Of a stretch of DNA of 64,000 nt, positions 11,938 through 23,402 are shown piece after piece. This DNA comes from Trypethelium eluteriae (Eukaryota). The notes beneath the pieces are model-generated. The model made no database searches and had not been told where the DNA came from. It worked only from the letters and a program-made list of their open reading frames with translations. Each line of letters opens with the position of its first letter. Position 1 is the stretch's first letter. The stretch covers positions 1 to 64,000 of the forward strand of contig JAVECL010000046.1 in the NCBI GenBank assembly GCA_051942245.1, read 5' to 3'. Made by a program: the position numbers and the translations under genes.

Positions 11938-13021
11938 GATATGTCGTACATTTGATGATTAATGTCTTTTGCAACGATAATGAGTTGTATCGGGTAGATC
12001 GTGATGACGGCTTCGGCTTCGGCTTTGGCTTTGTATTGAGGACATTGGGAGAGAATAAGAAATCTCGGTAGTGAGTATAGCTCAAGGCTTTACTGAGTAT
12101 TTTCTGGGTTGTACTAGCTAAGAATTAAAAGACGCATCATGTAGCCTGTCCTCTCTTTTGCTGCAGTGAAACATTGCGCTGAGGAGTGGGACTCGAAGTC
12201 GCCATCTTCTGGCTCAATACCGCCTTTTGTGGGGCTATAGTACTCTTAATAGATCATATTAGAAGAATTAAATACACTATTGCTTACTGAGCAACTCTTT
12301 GCCAACTCTCCGCTCAGTCTCTTGTAGAAGGTCCATTAGGGCGCCTCGCCGTTCCTGAGTGCCCTGACTCTTGACGACGATTTTAGTATCGTTGATTCTG
12401 TACTGTGCTTCTTTAGGTTGTGGTTTGTCTGCTACCAGCAAAGAGTGGTAAAGAAGCCCTGACGGCGTTTGAGCGGTTACCACTCGGAGGTGCTCCTCTC
12501 GAGGGAAAAGGATTTCAGCATTTGCTATGGGTGAGATGAGAAAATGAAGTAAAGGAATCCTTTCGCGGACACTTACCCAGTATTTGCTGTGTAAGATCAG
12601 ATAAGGTAACAACCTCAGCCACAGGCTGGGATGTGGATTTGTTACCTGAGGTGGGCGTTGACACCCTGTTGATAGAGGTTGACGATGCCATCTTTGCACG
12701 TAAAGGGGACTGAGGGGGGGGGGAAACGCTAGGAAATCTAGTATCGCACGACTTACGAGTTTATTGTGACGCGTAGCTATAATCGCGTTTTGGAGCTGCC
12801 AACTTTCGGGGTCTTTTGCGTCAGAGGCTACGAGTATCGTACCACTTGCCCCGGCAGAACATCGGGGTATGAAATAGAATTACATGGCTAGGTATGGAGC
12901 TCGGACTTCAGTATCGTACTCCGTACTAAGAATTTCATCTATGAAGCTCCATCACTAATCCATAAATACCGGTACCTGAACGTCCTATCCAGCACTATCG
13001 TCACAGCAGCTTGCACGCACG

Positions 13022-13619
13022 ATGGTCAAGCTCGAAGAAGTCAAGGATGAAGACCTCGACAGACCGCAGGAGGGTCCAGTAGAGGACGACGGCGACTGGG
13101 ACACCGATGAAGGTACTTCTCCATAATCCCATATTTGCACAATGGCGTCTTAAACTAACATTGTGCCATTGAGACTCTGTCATTTCCGAAGAGGACTCCG
13201 TGCCTTTTGACGAATCCTTTATCGACCGCGTCTACGCCCTCAGAGATGCTGTACCCCCTTCTACCCGCCGTGCCGTCTCATGCACACTCGACACCGCGTA
13301 CTCATATGGGAAGAAAGCCGTCTCACTGGGCGGCAAGACACTCTGGATTGTGAGCACGAGTGCGCTGCTTTTGGGAGTGCCGTGGGCGCTCGCGTTTGCT
13401 GAGGAACAGCAGATGCAAGAGATGGAGCGGGAGATGAAAATGCAACAGAGCGCGAATGAGGTACGTATGATATACTCGCGAGCTACTTCTCTGAGAACGA
13501 CTTCGCCAGAGCGAGTAATGTGAATTAGATGAACATTGCTAACTTTCTGACAGCTCCTCACCCAGGGAGCGAATGCAGGTGCAGGCCAGGCGGTACAGCA
13601 GACGAAACCGGCATTATGA
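13022..13619 (+). CDS. TOM22: Mitochondrial import receptor subunit Tom22 (~147 aa, 3 exons)
   Basis: Exons 13022-13112, 13174-13460 and 13554-13619. Acidic N-terminus MVKLEEVKDE, ESFIDRVYALRDAVPP, TM segment LWIVSTSALLLGVPWALA followed by EEQQ. Confidence 0.95.
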
Positions 13620-15109
13620 GAAAACATAACTTTTCCATCCCCCACTCCTAATTATTGCCCCATCCTACATATTGGGTGATGGACTTGACACTGTGTACAT
13701 ATTAGTCTTCAGACGATGCATTATAGAACTAGTTCTCTTTCAACTTCGTTGCTTACCATTATCTACTTTGATCGAAGATTTACGAATGCCAGCGCTAAAC
13801 GAAGCTGGGCTGGACTTCGTAAGGGCGATTTGGACACTCGACGCTAATATGCAATTGCATTGACCGGCAGATGGCGACTGACCGACAGATTGCGATCTAA
13901 AAGCAATCAATTTCTACCGTCGCTGACATGACCTGGCTGATTTGTCCGGTTACATATGCAATCGGTATATCAGTGCTCAGCAAATTATTCAATAAGATCA
14001 TCCGGGAGCCGCCATTTACCGTTTTGTACCATAAACTTTCTATCACTGTTTCCTACAAGGACACTATTGAAAATCTTTAGCACCAGTGGAAGAGAGATTC
14101 AGCCAATCGTTGATATTGATCGGACGAGGAGAAAAGCGCGAGTACCCGAGAAAACGCTGGGACTCTACTGGATTCTAAAATCACCTTGGATATTGACGGA
14201 GAGTCGAATTCCTTGAGCAGTCACTTGACTACGAAAGTGGAGATTTCGATACTCATCGAAGGACAGGTACTAACTCCAGATGAGCGGCCATGGGGGTTCG
14301 GAGAGGAACAAAGACTTGTTCATGCAAAAAATGGGCGAAAGACCATTGCAAATCTTCGGGACAGGAGTCGGACTCGCACGATATGAAATTTCTACAGAGC
14401 TTCTTGGGCTCGGAGTACCAGTGACTCAGCAGGTCACGTTTGGAAGGATGAGACGCTGGAGCTGAAGAAGCAGAGATCCTCTGTGGTAGAGATACTATTG
14501 CGACACCGCAATTAAAAAAACTTCCCTCTTTCACTGGTAGACTGGCAGACCGGGCGTGGGTCTCATGAACAAAGACTAATCCGGGACCGTTGGTCCAATT
14601 GGCACTGTTAGATTGGGAGGATGTCAGCAAAAGATCGATTAGAAAGGTTCTATCCTTGAGAATAATGCAGAATACACGGCAACTGATCCTTGCGTTCTCT
14701 TAGTCGTCGGTATTCTCAGCATTTGACCCATTCTCGTGAATGTTCCGCGTATGGTGTTTACTGGCTCCAAGCTATGGATCTTGACATCAACGAGTAAACC
14801 TGCAACCCTCCTATTTTGACGTTGGCCTCGCTTTCTAAACCAGTTCTTGACTGTTTGCGCACTTCATTCAATATTCTGTTTTATGCTATAAATTTTTTGT
14901 TTGTCAACAACTTCTTGAACATAACGTCAGTGATAACTCCAAGAGAGGCGCCAATGCCACAAATGCCGTTGAAGGGTATCATGATGCTGTTGAACTTTCC
15001 AAAATGCCGGCCCCCGACCCTACAGTGGAATGAGTCAATAGAACCGCTCAATAATCGCGATAAAGGTCGCAGTCCTCCGTAACACTACCATGTGGTTCTC
15101 ATGCCCTAT

Positions 15110-16034
15110 TCACCGTACGACCATCTTGCTCTCCTGCCCGTAACCACCCTTCCCCTCAAACGACTCGTATGTCTTCCCCTCTCCCATTCCCCCGTTTCTT
15201 GGGCCCCTTTCTTCGAGATCCTCTTGTAGCCACTTCAGTACCAGCCTGCCCAGCTGGCTATCTCCCCTTGCTCCACTATCTGCCTCCTCCAGGTCTTTCG
15301 TCATCTCCTCCACCCCACCCCAACTCTTCACCCTTCCCAAGCACATATGCACCAAATTAGTTGGCCAACCAGCCAGGTTGTCCAAGATATGCGTCGCATA
15401 TACCACCGTACACTCCCTCGTCTCCGTTTCCCTCTTCAACCATTGCAGGAAATTCCTCCGACTCAACAAGTCCAAATCCACCGTAATCTCATCCAACAGC
15501 AAAACCCGCCACGGCCGCAGCAACCCCATCGCCAATTGCACCCGCCTCCTCTCTCCATCACTCACCGTATGCATCCTCCACCCCAAATCCACATCCAGCA
15601 CCCGCACCAACTCGTCGCGGCGCGCGGTATAGACGTCGCCACCCACGGAGGACAGCAGCGCAGGCACGGCAATGTCAGTCCGTACAATCGGGTTTAGGAC
15701 CCATTCGAGGCCGAGGTAGGTGACACCTTCGAGACCTGTGGTGAAAGGGTCGACGTCAGCAATGCGTATGGTGGAGGCCGGGGCCATGCGTTTGCCAGAG
15801 AGGAGGCGGAGGAGGGTGGTTTTGCCGGCGCCATTAGCTGCGTGGGAGTTAGTCGGATAGGCTGAACGGGTTTGGATGGAAAGGCTTACCTCCGATGAGG
15901 AGGGTGCGGCTTCCGGCGGGGAGGTCGAGGGTGACGTCTTTCAGGCCGGTGCTGCCGTCTGGGAAGGCATAGCTCAGGCCATTGACCTGGATGGAGGGAG
16001 AGCCCTCGGCGGCATTGAATGGTTCCTCCGCCAT
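15110..16034 (-). CDS. CAF16: Soluble ABC ATPase, CCR4-associated factor 16-like (~290 aa, 2 exons)
   Basis: Intron 15838-15889 rebuilds Walker A GANGAGKTT. Signature VSDGERRRVQLAMGL, Walker B LLLDEITVDLD, H-loop YATH. Confidence 0.9.
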
Positions 16035-16738
16035 ACCAATCGATGAAGCAGAAATTTGGCCCGAGGAAAGGGCGAGAATATAGAGGGATACATTTTGGGG
16101 ATGGAGGTTTGGCGCTGATGGGCAGTGGCTGGGGCAGAATTTCGACGTCACCTTCTTGACTCATCCTCGGATAATCATGGTGAGGAAATCATTTTAGAGG
16201 AAGACAATCACACAATCATGGCATCACAGAATTCCCAAGAGATGCGTCGATTCAATTATTATCTTGCTGGGACAAACAATCGCACATCCAAAGATTAATT
16301 TGGGCTTTCTATCATAACTTACATCACTTTGCAAACTGTCCTCCGGCCCCAGGCCTTTATATTTACCTCCTTACTTCTGTTTAGATTTTCGTCCAAACCA
16401 ATATCCAGGCTATCTCAGCTTTTTCAACGTCCTCAACACGTGATCACTTCTGAAGATATGGAGAAGGACAAGGAGTATGGAGTCTATCCTCGAGGTCCAC
16501 GGGAACCCCCAGATTTCAAGCGCCTCTACCTCGTTAATTTCCTGGCCGAGCGAGTCTTAAGTGTCGCTGCTTGCCGGGGCAACCCTCGTCTTCTCTGGAA
16601 GGTCACCGTTTATATATCCGAGCACTCTGCTCTTCAGACGTGCCTGTAGACCTTTTTTTTTTTTTTTTGGATAACTTCTCCATGCACTTTATTACAAAGA
16701 AAGACACTTAGAATGACATTGAAGTTGCTGAACATAGA

Positions 16739-18751
16739 CTAATGACTTGGCATGATCCCTGTCAAGCCGATTTTGCTCCCCCATCTTGATACTTCTGTCG
16801 CCTTCTTCGTTCCCATGCATCGATCCTTAGACTGAACGTAAGAACTAAGGGTACGTGATTGCCCTGTCGTCGTGAGAAGGACATTGAATACTGTACCCTC
16901 TTTTCGCTGTCTAGCGAACAGTACTTCTAGAAATTGTCCGCACCAATCACCATCATCCGTCCACGCCAGATCATTCAGTCCATCGATAACACAGAACATC
17001 AGTACTGGTGCATGTTCTATCAGGGCTCGCAGGACTCGCAAGCTTGAGTCCCAAGATATATCAGTTCCGTCTAATGCTGCGATATCCTTTTCTTTGAGAT
17101 CTAGCTCTTCCTCGTCACTGTTGAACTGAAGTAATTGGTATATTAAACTATAAACCAATCCAATCATTCCAACTTGTTCGATCGTCATGCCATTACGCGT
17201 TTGGTCTCGGCGAGGCCGCTGGCAGAAATGCGAGATGATAGGTGTCTCAGCTTGCAGCGCAGCTGCCAATGTGCTCAAGGCTGCGGCTGAAGATCCACTT
17301 AGCGTGACGCCCGCTTCAAAGGGAGTAGAAATCCAAAGAGTGCGCGACGTTTCGTCTCCCGCCATCCATTGTCGAAGCCTGTATAGAACCTTATCTTCGG
17401 CTTTCCACAATGACCCGGTGCTGAGAAGGCAATGCCCTTCGTTGCCTATTATATACGACTTGAAGACATCAGCAAGTGTTCGAGCTTGGGATCGGCTTAT
17501 ACATGTAGTAGCTAGATCTTGTCGGCAAGCCTCTGGCGGCTTTGCCAGAAGTCTCCGTTCCGTGGACTCGATCGTCCACTTGAGGGATTGGACTTCCATC
17601 CAATTCGCTTCTAGCATACGCGCCATCCGGTGCCCGGCTACAAAGTCTTGTGGAGCATATCTGTTCCGCTGGCGGCGCGACTGCCTCTTCAAAGCTTCGA
17701 CGTCGGCGTGTACTATGGCCGTCATAGCGCCGTTGGCGATGCGAGCCTCTCGATACAATTCCTTGATTTGTGCCCTGATGGCCGTGATCGCGCTATCATA
17801 TTGGTCCTTGAGATTCTCATTAAATGATTGGATTGCTCTACCGAGCTTCGAACGAAGGTACCATTCCATAGTATCTCCGTAGAATTTGAACATACGGGCA
17901 TAAATACGTGCCAAAATTGCTCTCACGTCTCTGGTCTTAATTATCAACAGCCATTTGGAGCACCTTGAAACTTCATCTGAGACGCTAGCTATCGACTCCG
18001 AGAGCAGCACAGCAATATCAGTGTGATTTTTTGCAGCCTGCTAAAGTCAGCAGTCGTCTCGATAGAACACTGGAGATCTGGAGTTGTGCCCTACCTTGAG
18101 AAGACAAGAAAGGCTTCCGCATATAACAGACGCGTAGTTATTCTCTGATGGAAACATCTTTAAGATTGTTCGGTGTTCCTCAAAAGTTCCCGCCACTTTC
18201 TTGAAAGCGTTGTACACCTCACCTTCCTTTCAGCACACGATGCAGAGTTTGTACTTGGATCAACTTACTACTCCATTTTCTCGTTTCCAACTATCCTCCA
18301 GCGTGTTAATAGTGTTCTTTAGCTGATTGAAATTTGTCTCGGTAGATATCTCCAACACGTCGATAGCTTTAGTCTTTGCAGATTTGCTTGTACTGCCCAG
18401 ACGTTGCCGCCACGTCAATTTGGCTTCTTTTCTAAAAGCTTCAAGCACTTTCTGAAGCTCCTGTCTTGCGATCTCGGCGGCGTCAAAGTCCTCAGGTCTG
18501 CGGCTATCAGGGCTGATTATCGCATTGGGTCTTATCTGTTCTTACTGTGGCCTATCCTTTGACGAATCTTCATAGAGTAGCTTCAAGCGCTGTCGATTTT
18601 CCTTGTCTTCTTCCTCATCACTTTCCACTTGCGCTGCTTGGACCTGCAGCTCCAGCGCAGTCGTGCCTGTAAGCTCGTCTGTGAATCGGCGCACAACACC
18701 TCGACTTTCCAGCCACAATGCATCTGTGTCCCCCTCGTGAGTTGAAGCCAT
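16739..18751 (-). CDS. DUF7708-like helical domain plus degenerate NACHT/STAND-like P-loop domain (~620 aa, 4 exons)
   Basis: Exons ~18751-18546, 18503-18269, 18217-18095 and 18037-16739 join in frame. MFPSENNYASVICGSLSCLLKAAKNH resembles fungal NLR N-terminal domains. NACHT-like elements: LRQW...TLWIS (Walker A lost), ISHFC, FCVIDGLN (Walker B-like), VLLTT. Confidence 0.72.
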
Positions 18752-19218
18752 CTAGTTCCGATTCTAGAAGAAACTCAGGTCCTATTCTTCCCTTTTTTTC
18801 TCTTAAGCATTAAGCAATTTTGTCGCCCCTTTTACTTCAAGGGTATTGTGAAGTGTATTTGAGCCAAGCCCACAAGCTCGCCAAAACTCGGCGTGCAGGG
18901 TTTGACCTCATCCAATACTCAAGTGAGGCTGAGCGCTTTCAGCCCCATGACGCTTCCAGTCTCATCGATCCACGCCCACTCGATCTGCCAATCGAAAGCA
19001 AGAGCTAATGCGGACCTCACACAGATATACAGCCCGATTTCAGCTGCAATCTGTTGCCCCCACGGCCTTCCCAACTTGTTCTTCGATTTCTGAGGATCGC
19101 TCGTCAGCCTTGTGCCGTGTAAGACAAGACGCTCGATTTGCGATTGGCCTCTTGCTCGCAGAATCATTGATATCTGTACGAACGGAGACATCTCAGCCCC
19201 AATCGAATACTTTCAACA

Positions 19219-22200
19219 ATGGTCTCTGAACACGAAGAAAACCAGTCTAGTAATGAAGCCATCAATCCCAACGACAATGGACGTATCAGCGTGCAGCAAA
19301 CGCCGGAGTCTAAGGGATCTGCCCTCTCGTCCGTAGAAGACGCCAAGACCAATGCTCGACCAGAACATGCTACCCTTCCCTCGGCAAAGGATAGCGAAAG
19401 CATCGAAACTCGTATGTTCACCATGAGATATCTTTGGGAAGCCTATGATGAGGCTGTATATTTTACCTTTTCTGACATGGTAGCTTGATTCCAGGTACGG
19501 AGCCAAAAGTTGGCATCCAGTTGCAGACCTTGAAAGGCAATTGCCTGATTCCAGTTGGAGAAACTAAATGGCATAACTGGGATGATGCAGTGATGACCAA
19601 ATTCAAAGTGGAAGATGATTCGACCGAGAGTGGTCCAGATGGCCACGGTGACGGCCGTCTCCCGGCATGCCTACCTTTTCAAGACATTAGAAGGGTTTAT
19701 TTGGAGCATGACGAAGGAATGGACCTGGGTGTTGGATATAAAATACGGAATGGGTCATCGTTCATAATACCATGGGCTCACTGCGAGAAATGGAAGGTGT
19801 GTAAGAAACTTTGCTTTCAACCTGTACTCATTTTTCGTAGGACATGAAAGAGGCAATTCGAGCCACTTACGAGGACAGTGTGGAGTCGCAGAAAAAGATA
19901 GATGAAGGAGATTTCGAACTTTCAGTATATGAAAAACGAGTTCTTCCGCAGTATTGGAGCTCCTTGGTCGAACCAGAAATGTCGGTACGAATACGTCTTG
20001 GCTCAGACGACGACGAGGACTCGGAATCAGGAAAGCCCAGCGACAGCAAATTTGCTGAAGCAGGAAAGTATGTAGCAAAATCATCTGGTCCAAATATACC
20101 AGAAGCAAGGGAGGAGATGGAGAAAGGAACGATGAGGACCAGAGAGAGTGCAAAGGTGACCTACAGGGTTGACTACTACCTCAAATCGAGATATCCCAGC
20201 GACCCTGACAGGTTCTTACACAGCAACTATTATGATAATCCTGTCGCAATCGAATTCAGTAAAAGCAGTTTAGGCGAACATTCGGTCATAGAGGAAGTTA
20301 AGACTATTACGTTTGGAGACCATGAGAACATAACACTTCCAAAACAGGGATCGAAAGCGGCACCGAAGCTAGGAAAAAGAGATGTTCAGGGCGAAACGGT
20401 GCTCCATATACACTCAGCCTCTTTGCTGAATGCTCTACGCACAGTTGTTACATATTCATCGAATGCGCCCAGTCATGGTACAATTGATATTTTCAAAGAG
20501 GGGGTCTTCCCATATCCCTACCATGATCTTTTCCACTATAAAGAAGAGCTGATGGCGTACAAAAAAGCAACTGTTGGACCACGAGCCATGCACACGAATG
20601 ACTACAATGAAGAATGCGACCGGCACATTGACATTCTTATTGAGTACCTCTACAACGAGTCAACCATTCAACTCGCTGCATTCGAGGCTGGATTGAAAAA
20701 GACAACTCCCACAGTGACCTTTGCAGGATTTTGGTTACTTGTGAAGCCTGGATGTGACGTTTACGTATCAGAAGAAAATCAGTTGAATGCATATGTTGTT
20801 GACACGGTAGGCGGAGGAGTTGATTATGCGTCTTACTCGCGATGGGCGGTCATGCCTTCGAGCTATAGCGTCCGTGTCTGGAGTCTAGTCTTTAACGGGA
20901 AAGTCATCCGAAGAAAGTCAAAGATTATTCAAGTGCCAGTGTTCGACAACGAGCTGGACATACTGTCTCTCCCGGTGTTTCCAACTCAATTTCATGATAT
21001 TCACGACGAAGGTGCTAGGAGGAAAGAATTAATTGCGCGTGGTAAGCAGTTTTTTAGATATTCGAGGGGCCCAGCATATCTGGAGTACACCGGAATTGGG
21101 TTGAAGCCAGGATGGAAGAATGTAAGCAATTGTTCAATACCTCTGCTTTCTTAAACCTGGTTTGACTTCCACGGTAACTTGAGAAACTTTCCAGTACAAT
21201 CGAACCCGAGTCGTTGTTGAGCATGAATCCAGACCGTGGAATGCCACCGTGTTCTTGGAAATGACATCTTGGCGTTTCGGTTGCACCAACGAACATGACC
21301 AATACTGTGCTGTGTGTTCGAGCCTTCAAGGCATAGGAACACAAGCTCGATGCGCTCGATGTGAATGCAATCCGTGTGCTAAGGCACTAGATCCAAAAGA
21401 GGAATACATACCCGTAACGTTTGGTGACTATGATGAGATCGATCCTAGAAAAGTTCAAGACCTATCAGAGCATCAATACCTAATTTGCAGTTCTCACGTG
21501 TTTGGGTTTATTTTAAAAGATCGAACCTATGGTAAGCATCTTGGAGTCCTAGCATCCAGCCTTCCTGAGTCGTTCTAGATTATGTCGACATTGATGGTCT
21601 GGACGAGCCTCGGATTGTGACAGATGCCATTGATCAACTTGTGCTACGCCCTGAGAGCAACAAAAAAACGATAAAGGCAATTGCAAAGACGTATACAGAC
21701 AATTACGATTCAAACGAGCTCTTCAAAGCTGATTTGATTCGCGGTAAAGGCGAGGGCCAGATATTTTTACTACACGGGCCGCCTGGAACCGGGAAAACAC
21801 TAACGGCTGGTAACTATCTCTGCTATTGGATATTTATCAAGCTAAAAATGATGCAATTCTAGAATCTATCGCAGAATTCACTCGCAGACCTCTTCTGAGT
21901 ATTACCGCGGCTGACCTGGGTCATCAGCCGGACGAGCTTGAATACAACTTGCTTCGATTTTTTAAGAATGCAAAGCTGTGGGATGGAATTGTCTTGCTCG
22001 ATGAAGCTGATGTCTATCTTGAACGACGCTCTACGAACGATCTTATGAGAAACAGCATTGTCTCAGGTAATGATCCAGAGGTTTGTCCAGGACTGAAGCT
22101 AATGATAAGTTTACAGTCTTCCTAAGAGCGCTGGAATACTTTCAGGGTATTTTGTTCTTGACAACTAATCGAGTCGGGCATTTCGACGAGGCATTTTGTC

Positions 22201-22709
22201 TCGAATCCATGTATCCATTGGCTACGAACCTCTAGATAATGACGCGCGAGTGCAGATTTGGGATGGCCTCTTCCGCAAGCTTATCGTGGACCATAAAAAT
22301 GGCGGTCCAGAGATTACGTTTGAAAGGGAAGCGAAGAGGTACGTTCAGAAAGATGAGGATGTGAGAGCGCTGAATTGGAACGGACGTGAGATTCGGAATG
22401 GTAAGCTGATAGCTTCCAACATTAACTTAGGCAGCATAAGCTGAATCTGATAACCTAGCGTTCCAAACGGCCGTCGCGCTTGCTGTCTTTGATGCGAATG
22501 ACGCTCGAGAAAAAGGCAAGCCTGAGAAAGATTGTGTTCCGGAGATTACCGAAACACATCTCGCTCAAGTCGTCCGCATGTCTACTGCATTCAAGCACTA
22601 CATTAGAGACACGCATGAGGGCCTGGAGGATGCAGACCTTTCAATGAAGCTGGGGAACAGAGACGACAAGTCCAATCAACGTGTAGCTAAGGATTCAACA
22701 TTAAAGTAA
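19219..22709 (+). CDS. AAA+ ATPase with fungal ubiquitin-like and DUF7025-like domains (~1027 aa, 8 exons); 1-nt frameshift at ~22196, so a possible pseudogene or assembly error
   Basis: Exons 19219-19411, 19495-19796, 19841-21121, 21195-21531, 21579-21809, 21863-22066, 22117-22400 and 22459-22709. Walker A HGPPGTGKT, Walker B LLDEADVY, ILFLTTNR, SRIH, lid WNGREIRNAFQTA. The frame breaks between DEAF and LSRIH. Confidence 0.85.
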
Positions 22710-23402
22710 CTCTGTATCAATCGGGCTTGTATCGTAATGATCCAGACAATATATTTCGGAGCCGAGAGTTTCTGCACAAACACGGTTGCAAAAATGACTT
22801 ACTGAAAGACAACTGACCTCTCCCATTGCTATGAGTACCAATTTCGGATGACTTGCCTTACAAAGCAGCAGCTTGTTCTTCAACATCCTACCAACTGCAG
22901 CAGCGAGGTCAGCAGCTGCCTTGTCCATTAGGTCACCTAGTCGCGCCACATCTATCACTATTTATTTCTCATATCTTTCCATCTTTCTTTGAGATGGCGT
23001 ATTCAGACGCCATCATTCGACATTTCAAATTCCGCTTTTTTCAACAAAGCGAGTCAACTCAAGCAGTGGTGAAGTAGTCAGGAGCAATGATAGATTAGGA
23101 TAAAGAAGCAAATAGTATAACAGAAGGGTTAATACACAGAAACAGTGCAAGTATTATATAGAAGGACCCAATAACTTTGAGGTAATTTTTAAGATAATCA
23201 GGATTGATGTTTAAGGTTTTTGGTGTAAAAGGGGTGTGCAGGTGGTGGGCCCGTGCAGGTGGCGGGGAAAACCTCTAATTTGCCGAGAAATGGCCGAGAC
23301 TCTTCCCCCACCAATTTATTTTGCAGACATCCTATCATCACCCTACTTATCATTCGCCTGCACGTCAACGTTACCATTGGAGACTGGATATGAACGTCCT
23401 GC

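Noticed and set aside
13900..15082. Short ORFs between TOM22 and CAF16
   Set aside because: No motifs or credible splice model; treated as intergenic or an unidentifiable relic.
22190..22200. Programmed -1 ribosomal frameshifting in the AAA+ gene
   Set aside because: No canonical slippery heptamer and no obvious downstream structure; mutation or sequencing error is simpler.
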